Assembly: GCA_051313645.2 (NCBI GenBank)
Contig: JBNRSN020000003.1
Span: forward strand, 417,260,001 to 417,324,000
Reading direction: 5' to 3'
From: Centroscyllium fabricii
Lineage: Eukaryota
Length of the DNA: 64,000 nucleotides
Shown here: piece after piece, positions 10,601 through 22,160 of the stretch
How positions within the stretch are numbered: the stretch's first letter is position 1
Layout of the letters: the number at the start of each line of letters is the position of its first letter
Translations under genes and position numbers: made by a program
The notes under the pieces: model-generated
Database searches by the model: none
What the model was told of the DNA's origin: nothing
Seen by the model: only the letters and a program-made list of their open reading frames with translations

Positions 10601-13600
10601 GTAAAGAACAATATGTTTGGGAGTGGGTAAAGAGCAATATGTTTGGTGGTGGGTAAAGAACAATATGTTTGGGAGTGGGTAAAGAGCAATATGTTTGGGA
10701 GTGGGTAAAGAGCAATATGTTTGGGAGTGGGTAAAGAGCAATATGTTTGGTGGTGGGTAAAGAACAATATGTTTGGTGGTGGGTAAATAACAATATGTTT
10801 GGGAGTGGGTAAAGAGCAATATGTTTGGTGCTGGGTAAAGAACAATATGTTTGGGAGTGGGTAAAGAGCAATATGTTTGGTGGTGGGTAAAGAACAATAT
10901 GTTTGGGAGTGGGTAAAGAGCAATATGTTTGGGAGTGGGTAAAGAGCAATATGTTTGGGAGTGGGTAAAGAGCAATATGTTTGGTGGTGGGTAAAGAACA
11001 ATATGTTTGGGAGTGGGTAAAGAGCAATATGTTTGGTGTTGGGTAAAGAACAATATGTTTGGGAGTGGGTAAAGAGCAATATGTTTGGGAGTGGGTAAAG
11101 AGCAATATGTTTGGTAGTGTGTAAAGAACAATATGTTTGAGAGTGGGTAAAGAACAATATGTTTGGGAGTGGGTAAAGAACAATATGTTTGGTAGTGGGT
11201 AAAGAACAATATGTTTGGTAGTGGGTAAAGAACAATATGTTTGGGAGTGGGTAAAGAACAATATGTTTGGTGGTGGGTAAAGGACAATATGTTTGGGAGT
11301 GGGTCAAGGACAATATGTTTGGTGGTGGGTAAAGAACAATATGTTTGGGAGTGGGTAAAGAGCAATATGTTTGGTGGTGGGTAAAGAACAATATGTTTGG
11401 TGGTGGGTAAAGAGCAATATGTTTGGGAGTGGGTAAAGAGCAATATGTTTGGGAGTGGGTAAAGAGCAATATGTTTGGTGGTGGGTAAAGAACAATATGT
11501 TTGGGAGTGGGTAAAGAGCAATATGTTTGGGAGTGGGTAAAGAGCAATATGTTTGGTAGTGTGTAAAGAACAATATGTTTGAGAGTGGGTAAAGAACAAT
11601 ATGTTTGGGAGTGGGTAAAGAACAATATGTTTGGTAGTGGGTAAAGAACAATATGTTTGGTAGTGGGTAAAGAACAATATGTTTGGGAGTGGGTAAAGAA
11701 CAATATGTTTGGTGGTGGGTAAAGAGCAATATGTTTGGGAGTGGGTAAAGAGCAATATGTTTGGGAATGGGTAAAGAACAATATGTTTGGTGGTGGGTAA
11801 AGAACAATATGTTTGGTGATGGGTAAAGAACAATATGTTTGGGAGTGGTTAAAGAACAATATGTTTGGGAGTGGGTAAAGAACAATATGTTTGGTGGTGG
11901 GTAAAGAACAATATGTTTGGTGGTGGGTAAAGAACAATATGTTTGGTGGTGGATAAAGAGCAATATGTTTGGGAGTGGGTAAAGAGCAATATGTTTGGGA
12001 GTGGGTAAAGAACAATATGTTTGGGAGTGGGTAAAGAACAATATGTTTGGTGGTGGGTAAAGAACAATATGTTTGGTGGTGGGTAAAGAACAATATGTTT
12101 GGGAGTGGGTAAAGAACAATATGTTTGGGAGTGGGTAAAGAACAATATGTTTGGTGGTGGGTAAAGAACAATATGTTTGGTGGTGGGTAAAGAACAATAT
12201 GTTTGGGAGTGGGTAAAGAACAATATGTTTGGGAGTGGGTAAAGAACAATATGTTTGGGAGTGGGTAAAGAACAATATGTTTGGTGGTGGGTAAAGAACA
12301 ATATGTTTGGTGGTGGGTAAAGAGCAATATGTTTGGGAGTGGGTAAAGAACAATATGTTTGGTGGTGGGTAAAGAACAATATGTTTGGGAGTGGGTAAAG
12401 AGCAATATGTTTGAGAGTGGGTAAAGAGCAATATGTTTGGGAGTGGGTAAAGAACAATATGTTTGGTGGTGGGTAAAGAGCAATATGTTTGGGAGTGGGT
12501 AAAGAACAATATGTTTGGTGGTGGGTAAAGAGCAATATGTTTGAGAGTGGGTAAAGAACAATATGTTTGGGAGTGGGTAAAGAACAATATGTTTGGGAGT
12601 GGGTAAAGAACAATATGTTTGGTAGTGGGTAAAGAACAATATGTTTGGGGGTGGGTAAAGAGCAATATGTTTGGGAGTGGGTACAGAATATGTTTGGGAG
12701 TTGGTAAAGAACAATATGTTTGGGAGTGGGTAAAGAACAATATGTTTGGGAGTGGGTAAAGAGCAATATGTTTGGGAGTGGGTAAAGAACAATATGTTTG
12801 GGAGTGGGTAAAGAATATGTTTGGGAGTGGGTAAAGAACAATATGTTTGGTAGTGGGTAAAGAATATGTTTAGGAGTGGGTAAAGAACAATATGTTTGGG
12901 AGTGGGTAAAGAGCAATATGTTTGAGAGTGGGTAAAGAGCAATATGTTTGGGAGTGGGTAAAGTGCAATATGTTTGTGAGTGGGTAAAGAGCAATATGTT
13001 TGGGATTGGGTAAAGAACAATATGTTTGATGGTGGGTAAAGAGCAATATGTTTGGGAGTGGGTAAAGAACAATATCTTTGGGAGTGGGTAAAGAACAATA
13101 TGTTTGGTGGTGGGTAAAGAACAATATGTTTGGTAGTGGGTAAAGAACAATATGTTTGGTAGTGGGTAAAGAACAATATGTCTGGTAGTGGGTAAAGAAC
13201 AATATGTTTGGTAGTGGGTAAAGAACAATATGTTTGGGAGTGGGTAAAGAACAATATCTTTGGTGGTGGGTAAAGAGCAATATGTTTGAGAGTGGGTAAA
13301 GAACAATATGTTTGGTGGTGGGTAAAGAACAATATGTTTGGGAGTGGGTAAAGAACAATATGTTTGGTGGTGGGTAAAGAACAATATGTTTGGTAGTGGG
13401 TAAAGAACAATATGTTTGGGAGTGGGTAAAGAGCAATATGTTTGGGTGTGGGTAAAGAGCAATATATTTGGTCGTGGGTACAGAATATGTTTGGGAGTTG
13501 GTAAAGAACAATATGTTTGGGAGTGGGTAAAGAACAATATGTTTGGGAATGGGTAAAGAGCAATATGTTTGGGAGTGGGTAAAGAACAATATGTTTGGGA

Positions 13601-14246
13601 GTGGGTAAAGAATATGTTTGGGAGTGGGTAAAGAACAATATGTTTGGTAGTGGGTAAAGAATATGTTTGGGAGTGGGTAAAGAACAATATGTTTGGGAGT
13701 GGGTAAAGAAGAATATGTTTGGGAGTGGGTAAAGAACAATATGTTTGGGAGTGGGTAAAGAACAATATGTTTGGCAGTGGATAAAGAAGAATATGTTTGG
13801 GAGTGGGTAAAGAGCAATATGTTTGGGAGTGGGTAAAGAAGAATATGTTTGGGAGTGGGTAAAGAGCAATATGTTTGGGAGTGGGTAAAGAACAATATGT
13901 TTGGGAGTGGGTAAAGAGCAATATGTTTGGGAGTGGGTAAAGAACAATATGTTTGGCAGTGGATAAAGAAGAATATGTTTGGTGGTGGGTAAAGAACAAT
14001 ATGTTTGGTGGTGGGTAAAGAGCAATATGTTTGGGAGTGGGTAAAGAGCAATATGTTTGGGAGTGGGTAAAGAACAATATGTTTGGGAGTGGGTAAAGAG
14101 CAATATGTTTGGGAGTGGGTAAAGAGCAATAGGGAGTGGGTAAAGAGCAATATGTTTGGGAGTGGGTAAAGAGCAATAGGGAGTGGGTAAAGAGCAATAT
14201 GTTTGGGAGTGGGTAAAGAGCAATAGGGAGTGGGTAAAGAGCAATA
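4635..14246. repeat. Large tandem array, 26-bp unit TGTTTGG(GA/TG)GTGGGTAAAGA(A/G)CAATA, about 370 copies
   Basis: The tandem repetition is directly visible. Copy number is array length divided by 26. Confidence 0.97.
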
Positions 14247-14647
14247 GGGTGGCCCGGTGGCTCAGTGGTTAGCACTGCTGTCTCACAGCACTGGAGACCC
14301 GGGTTCAAATCCGGCCTGTGGTACTATCTGTGTGGAGTTTGCACATTCTCCCCGTGTCTGCGTGGGTTTCCTCTGGTTTCCTCCCACAGTCCAAAGATGT
14401 GCGGGTTAGGTTGATTGGCCGGGATAAATTGACCCTTAGTGTTAGGGGGATTGAATATTTGGGGTTACGGGGATAGGGTGGGAGATGTGTCGGTGCAGGC
14501 TTGATCGTGATCGAGAGATATGGGGAGAGGGCAGGGGCGGGGTATTGGGTTTGGATGATCAGCCATGATCTCATTGAATGGCGGAGCAGGCTCGAAGGGC
14601 CAAATGGCCTACTCCTGCTCCTAGTTTCTATGTTTCTAGTTTCTATG
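14247..14647 (+). mobile_element. tRNA-derived V-SINE (HE1-like), long CR1 tail, inserted in the satellite
   Basis: A box TGGCTCAGTGG, B box GGTTCAAATCC, V-domain GTGGAGTTTGCACATTCTCCCCGTGTCTGCGTGGGTTTCC, and a TTTCTATG-type tail matching the 3' end of the CR1 at 53050. Confidence 0.9.
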
Positions 14648-14925
14648 TTTGGTGGTGGGTAAAGAACAATATGTTTGGTAGGTGGTGGGTAAAGAGCAAT
14701 ATGTTTGGTGGTGGGTAAAGAATATGTTTGGTGGTGGTTAAAGAACGATATGTTTGGTGGTGGGTAAAGAGCAATATGTTTGGTGGTGGGTAAAGAATAT
14801 GTTTGGTGGTGGGTAAAGAACAATATGTTTGGTGGTGGGTAAAGAGCAATATGTTTGGTGGTGGGTAAAGAATATGTTTGGTGGTGGGTAAAGAACAATA
14901 TGTTTGGGAGTGGTTAAAGAACAAT
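14645..14925. repeat. Continuation of the 26-bp array beyond the SINE
   Basis: Same unit, mostly the GGTGG variant, with several 23-bp deletion units. Confidence 0.93.
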
Positions 14926-17900
14926 CAACCGCTAACCCCGTCAATGGGGAAGAGCCGCTGGCCCATGGGGAACAGAAGGGCAAAAGGATATTTTAATGCA
15001 GGAAAAAGAGCCGATGAAGAAATAAGCAAAGAAACAATGAAATTATGCAAGTGTAGTAGATAATGGGAGGAGAGACAGCCGAATAGAACTAAAATATTGA
15101 AGTTGTAAAACAAAAAAATAGACAGAAATAAGGAGAATTTAATGAAGTACAAAGAAAATGTAGAAAGGTAGCAACTGAAACAGTTTAAGGAGGTGAAGGG
15201 GAATATAAATAAATGATAGAAATGTAAGAATATTGTTTTGTCCTAACAGTGAGACAAATGAGTAAGTGGGACTGGCAGCCAAGACTATTCATAGTCTCCT
15301 TCCTAGTCTGTAGTAATAATACACAAAGGACAACATCTAACATGCCAAATCAATGTTTGCAAGGTTGTATATTAAACGCAAATTGATCATATAAGAGTTA
15401 CAGTCCAGCTTCAGTTGGTGCATTTCAACGGTTTTACCACGGATAAGAGCATCTATATGAGTGAGAAAGTAGAACGTTGAATTCATTCCATTTGCTGTTT
15501 CTGTATAATATTGCTAATCTGAAGGAGCACTAGTTATCAAGAGGATCGTTTACAGTTTAAGTATCAATAAGTTCCCAACAAATTATATGACAGACCTCCT
15601 CTCAAAATCGAGCAAGCTGATTGTCTTCAGAAATTCACGTTAAAAAGTACCAAAGTCCAGCGTTTGTGAAAAATAATGCGTTATCCTCATCTGTCGTCAG
15701 TTGTGAACTTAGATTTACAAATGATTCGTTAGTCCAGGGTAAGATCATGGTACGTGTGGCACTTAGCAGCACATAGGTAGATATTGACCGGTTATTGAAA
15801 AACTGACTGAAAAAAGATTGATGAATGGAGGTCGGTAGTAAAGAGCAGAGAAAGACATTGACAAACAGAATTACAGATTTTAAGGTCGATTGTTAAAAGA
15901 GGACGGTTGAATGGTGTCGTTATTATGTTTTGGCACATTTAATTGTTCAAGATCGACATTATTGTACAAACTCAGAATCTGAGAACGCGGGAATAAAATC
16001 CTCTAGGTAGATGTGGCTTGAAATTACGGGTCAGAATCCGGGATTTGTTTTGGTTCTACTGGTGACAATGTAACTGTCAAAGGGGAAATACAGAAACATC
16101 TGGAGACCTCCGCGTAATTTCAATCATCAGGGTTCTCAGGTCATGAGATTTAATTTATAAAAGAACTCCTCCTCCCCCCGCCCCCCCCCCCCCCCCCCCG
16201 CCAATATTTGTCAAAGTGTTATATAGGTTTCGGGGAAACGTGTGTAGATTAGGTTCCCTCTTGTTGGCATTGTGCAGAGACTTTAGGACTGGGCGGTCAC
16301 TGACTGGCTCCGACCTGGCCTAAAACAACAGCTGATAAAATACATTCATATTGCTGCAGCCGATTTCTTTAGTGTCCAAGTTTTTCAGTAAGCAAAAACA
16401 ATTCAAAATACTGGTCGAGTGATTCTATTTTGGCATCGACTATTGGGGTTAATGTAATTTCAGGTGTGGGTGTCAATATGAAAAAGCTCCCTGTAGTTTA
16501 TATGTTGATACTCCAATTTTCTTTTAAGAAATAATGTATCTTATTTTCCGCAGATCTCTTTCCTTCACGTCTACCCTGACTTTTTCCTTTTTATATATCC
16601 TTATGTTAAGTACACCCCCCCCCCCCCCCGCCCCCAACCACACACACACACACGTGACGATGTAATTTCTATCTGACGGACCCTGGTGCACCGAGTTTTA
16701 TTTAATGAGCACATCTTCAGTGACAGATTCATTATTTGCATTCAGTTGCTTTAAGTCAAAACACATTAGTTACACTTACATTGCAATACAGATTTAATGA
16801 TTTACTGTTTAACACCAATTTATTTTGATTAACATCTCGCTATTGGCAATTGTAAGTCCAATTAAATGCAGGACAACAGCGATTATGTGTTGTATAAATT
16901 AAAACATTCAACAAACGGCAAATGTTACGTTTTATTAGTATAATTCTGTCTGCAATTTCAAATCGTCACTACGAGAAGCGTTTAATGGAATGTTGCAAAA
17001 GAGGAAAACAAGGCCAGAAAATAAAATAGTCCTCTTTAAACAGACTATTGTTAAATAATTGGGGAATATATTTGGGGTTGAAAACGCCGCTCCAATATAT
17101 GACTAGTTTTACAATTGTATCGATATAATGTTAGTGTATCAGTTTTAAATTCATTAAAGCTACATGCATAGTCATTTAGTTATGTGAATATTGCCATATA
17201 TTTCAGGCTAGATGTACAAAGGTACCAAATGATGTAGTGTTTTTGCAGTATATGAATTTAGAGCGACTGTCCCTGAGCGTGTCAATCATCATAATGTCAT
17301 TTTTAATATATCATGTGAAGGATTCAGGATCATCAGCTTCCGCACAGGAGGACCAGCGGTAATTTAAACCGGCTAGTCCTGCTACATCATATATACCAAC
17401 CTGGGATGGATGCAGGTAAACCAGTCTGAGCATTGAACTGCTTCTCTTCCATTACTGCTACAGCAAAAGAGCGCTGTCATACGTTGGGACTTTAAGTGGG
17501 TTCATGTAATATGAATGATGCAAATGAAGTGGGTGCTTACCATTCTTGTCACCTCTAAAAAGACTGTTTTCAAAATAATGACACTTCACAGAACTTTGGG
17601 AAAGACTAGGTGGGAAAACGGGACACATGAAGCGTTCATTTACATTCTGGATAGGTGGCTTGTGACAGGATGCATTTAAAACGATTCGCCTAGCAGAAAA
17701 TAATCTCTGAACTAATAGCGTAAATAAAATTAAAACTGTTTCAAGATTAAGAATCAATACCAATTACAAAACCCCAAAGGAGCCGCCATTTGTCCATCTT
17801 GTACCGCGCAGTTATAGTAATAATCAGCCGTTTCTTTTATCAACAGTTATACCCTCTTTCTATCTTCGCCCCTCCACGCATGTTTAAATACACCGCCAGC

Positions 17901-20900
17901 TGTTCTCCTGCAGCCGGTTCCACCAGTTCAACTCACAACTGCAAGTTTGTAAATTCTTTTTAAAGCAAAGACTATATATTTTTCCGCTAACCACTCCATG
18001 TCTGTCCTCGGGTTATTGCCGTTATAAAGGACATGTGCTTGGTTTTCAATAGGCTTTGCTAGATGAGGTGGCTGGCTATAAAAAGGCAATACAAACCATT
18101 TGTTATAATGGGGCGAACAGGGTTTTTCCTGTTAATAGATGCAACCAACGTGGAAGTAGTTATTCGTTTCCGGTATAGCACTTCATCGGAAGGATTTTAT
18201 TTCCACTGAGTAAGACTGAGGGAAACAAAGGTAAAGGGCATGTCTTGAACTTATTAAACGGGCGGTGCATGGGGTCTCTTGCAATCCCGAGACAGTCTGG
18301 CGATGCAACAATTATTCCAAAAGAGGTACTCTTTAAATCAACACCATTAACGTTTTAAACACCCTGTCCCCGTTATTATGAGGGCGTTTCGGTTAAACTA
18401 CGCGAAGCTCGTCAAAGATGTTGCTAGCCTTTAGGATTCATTACAATTGATTATAAAGCGTTTCTCTCACTGTTATATAAATCGGCAGCATTGAACAGAA
18501 CACGTTTACCGTGCATGGTATGATCTAAAAACTGACGAGTGTGAGGTGTGTTGTCATTGGCGTTCTCAGATCATGATCAAACGTGATTGACTTGTCACAG
18601 ATTTTTAACAGGAGAAGTCATCCGTTCCTACTTTATAAAGTTCAAAAAATGGACGAAGAATTGATGCAACCAAGGAGTTTGACGATGCAGATGGGTCAGA
18701 GGTCAGTTATACACAATAATTATAAAGGGAGTGAGGCTCTAGATCACAGCTGTATATGGTGGAGATCGAACAACAGATAGTCCGAGTGTTCATAAACAAC
18801 CAGGTTACAGTCCTGTAAGGAGGCAAGTCTGGAACTCTCTCTGCAGAGGACGAGACTGGCTGGCGGTAAGGCATCATTTATCCAATGGTGGCGTGATGTT
18901 ATTCGAGTCAACTGCAAATTTATTAGAGTGTGAAGATTTAACACCATTGATTAATTTATGCTTGGTTGATGCATTAATCGTTTGTGAATGTTGCAATATC
19001 ATATTTCATACACGCCTGCAGACATCCTGTGTATAAGAATGATGTATAATGTATAAACCAACATCTAGACGTTATGATGCCCTGATAGAATGTGCATGTA
19101 TTAAATATGTATTTATTCAATTAAGCATTCTGCATGTTTTAATTTGCATGGGGTCCGTGTAGGACGAGGCCGATCTTTAAGCAGTTGCTGTTTTATTATG
19201 TAGATCCGTGGACGCTTTAAGGTTATTGATTTTAATCCATATCAACATGAAGTAGACTTAAAGAGACAGATAGATGGGAAATTATAAATAGTGATTGTAA
19301 TTGCCCCAAAATGTAGGCATGCAGCATTTAAGGGTAAAGCAGACCGTTGCGTTGTTAATATTTGATTTAAATGTATTATGTGCACTTCTCCATTAGGGCA
19401 GGATTGGACGCTGTAAAAAAATGAGAGTGAAATATGCCATTCGATGTATTATACGAGTTGTGATAGATCCGTTTGGCGTGACTTAAAAAAAAATGAAAAA
19501 GGTAGTTTAAACCCGTGTCAATCTACAATTAGCTTACCGGCGGTATAGTGGGGACCGGCCCTTTCAAATACAAAAGCATTTAGATCGCTTTAGAACGGTT
19601 AATCCTGTGCATGGTTGAGGTTTCTTTTGTTTTGCAACTCCACTGTGGGTTTTTGTCCTGTTTTCCTGCTCGCTTGATTGACCGTTCAATGGTGGCTAAT
19701 TATCCAAATGTCGCTTCCAGATAGTTTGACTTACTGCTATAGCGCTTTCCCGTATTAACATTGGCAGATACACTGTCAGGACATCAGATTGCATTGCCTC
19801 CTTCGTGTGGTTCCACTTACCAGCAAAGCTGTATCCCTAGCTCGACTTTTTCAATGTCCACCTCCTGTGATATAGTTACTTTACATTTATTAGCTTTGAT
19901 TCAATAACTAAGTGTCGTCGGAATGTTAATAAAAACTGAAAACCGAACTGTTTAATAGATTGTGTGCTGCTTTGTATCTCCTCCTGGACAAGAGATCTGG
20001 TGAAATCTATGTGCAAATAAAAGTAAGTTATGTATATTGCGATCTGCTGTGATTATTCCATCCCAATTTATGAAATGGCGATGGGTAAAGTTTTAAATGT
20101 AGCCACACAGAGCTCTGAAATAATCTGTCTATACAAAATACTGAAAGAGTTTGCCTTCCATTGTTTAACACAAATCATAAAACTGCTAGTTTAAGGGTCT
20201 GTTGTTAGTGCGTTTTGTAACATTTTGGGGTGTTAAGAAATTTGTAATTGTTAAGAGCTAAGTCTGATACATAATGTTGTACTATTTGGATATAAAACAA
20301 GCTGAAACTGATGTCGTAGATAAAATTGGCAATATGCAATCTAAGACCAGATTGTGGACAATTGATTTTGTTGACAAGTTTGTAAAAAGTCTTTCAAAGA
20401 TAACATCATCTTGTTGCAAGCTCCTCTGAACTTGCACCCTGGTTTTGTAACAACCCTATTCTAACTCCATAAGCCTGTGTTTCATATCATTAAGAAATTC
20501 TAAACTAGCCTGAACACTGTGAGAACATTTTACTCTTCCCAGTGGGATATTCAGTTTCTCTCACAATAACACTCAACAGCATTGGTTAAGTTAGTTAGAA
20601 TAAACAAGGCGGACTATTCACTTTAACTTTGTGACGTCCTACAGGATATGAAGTAAAATAGAAAGTAGACGTCAGTTTTCTTTCTTGATGTAAGTTATAC
20701 ATCAATCATGCGATACCATTGCTTGCAGGTTGTGGGCAATGTAACGGACAAATGTGTTAATTTCACGGATTATTGGATAACATTGCAGCCCTGGAAAGGC
20801 AGAACGGATCCAGGGCAGTGTGTGTCCAGTAGCATCTCGCAATGTGTAACAGACTAGGGTGATAGTTCATTTGATGTACAAGTCAAGTGTACGATTCGAC

Positions 20901-21970
20901 AATTGGCTTTATATTCACGGCAGTACTAACTTTCTCCCGCATGCTCAGTTCCTGCAAATGCCACTCCATGGTTCAATAAAAGTTTGGAATCAAGGGCCAA
21001 ATTGACAAGTTAGAAGTGTGTTTGTCAAGTTTCCATCATATATTAGTTGTCATTGGAAATTGCACCAAATCGCTGTATCTGCCCCTTCCAGTGTGTTTTC
21101 AATGATCATTACAAAGGTGTTTTTTGTAGATTAAAATGCCGTGATATCCTGTTTGTCAAAATACAGGAAACCGAGGGGTATACCTATCTCTGTCACCTTC
21201 AGTAGAAGCTTGTCACGCGTTTAGGATGTGGGTTTATTGCAGTTTTCAGTTTGTTCAATGAAATGGACATACGCATCACAAACCTAAATTTACTAATAAA
21301 TAGACAATGGTTCTCGTAAACGATTAGAACAAGAGGTTTGTAATATATTGGATGCAAGAACGCCTATTTACTAGATAGCTAACCCAAACTGCAGATTGAT
21401 CTATAGACTGCATTAATGAATCAAGTACGGAATGAATTGATGTCACAACTAAAGTGTACAGCATAGATCATATTATCAGACAGTATAAGACCCATCAATG
21501 CTGACAGCTTGCACTCGCGTTTTGATGGATTGGAAAGACACGATTCAACGTCATGAATGATCAAATATGATTGTGAAGCAGTTAAATCAGCCAGAAAGTT
21601 GGCCTTCGTATTATAAACCTCTCCAGCAAATAATGGTTTAATTGTGGTATTAATATAAAACCATAGTCAGTGAAAGGCTATTGGCTTTGGCTGGGTACCA
21701 GAAAGCCTGTATGTAACATTCCGCCCCTTCCCACACCTTCACACAAACAAACATTTCACACGTGCTCTGTCACACATTTCAGTGGGTCATGGGCATTATT
21801 ACCAAGCAGACGAACCTAACAAAAGAATCTAACAGCGACCCATCGATTGGCATCAGCACCAATTCCAACATAGCTCCAAAATCAGGAATGTTAAAAACAT
21901 TGGCTATATGACGATTTTAAAAGCAGGTGCTGAACCGCACCCCATTAATATGTATATGTCTAAATATTGA

Positions 21971-22160
21971 TGCAAGAAGTCACACGACACCAGGTTATAG
22001 TCCAACAGTTTTATTTGAAATCACAAGCTTTCGGAGCGCTGCTCCTTCGTCAGGTGAAGTGTCGAGATTCATTTAAACATAGCATATATATATAGAGAGA
22101 GAACAATGTGATCTCTCCAACTGTTTCACATCATACCTCAGCTGAAGGACATCAAATCAA
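21971..22160 (-). mobile_element. Penelope-like remnant, family B, with 12-bp TSD
   Basis: Flanked by TCTAAATATTGA at 21959-21970 and 22161-22172. Homologous to the 882 and 26984 copies. Confidence 0.7.
22021..22057 (-). ncRNA. Minimal hammerhead ribozyme motif, family B
   Basis: Minus strand reads UCAC-CUGACGA-A-GGAGC-AGC-GCUCC-GAAA-GCUU-GUGA. Confidence 0.65.

Noticed and set aside
4602-14308. Giant minus-strand ORFs (1725, 3206, 2400 aa and others)
   Set aside because: The minus-strand 26-bp unit contains no TAA, TAG or TGA, so all three frames are open and give the same 26-aa cycle. Indel units occur freely, so there is no sign of coding constraint.
14247-14320. tRNA genes at SINE heads (also 50205, 47410, 54782)
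   Set aside because: The A/B boxes run directly into a V-domain and LINE tail; these are SINE heads, not tRNA genes.
4635-14925. CRISPR-like array
   Set aside because: Units are head-to-tail with no unique spacers, there are no cas genes, and the context is eukaryotic.
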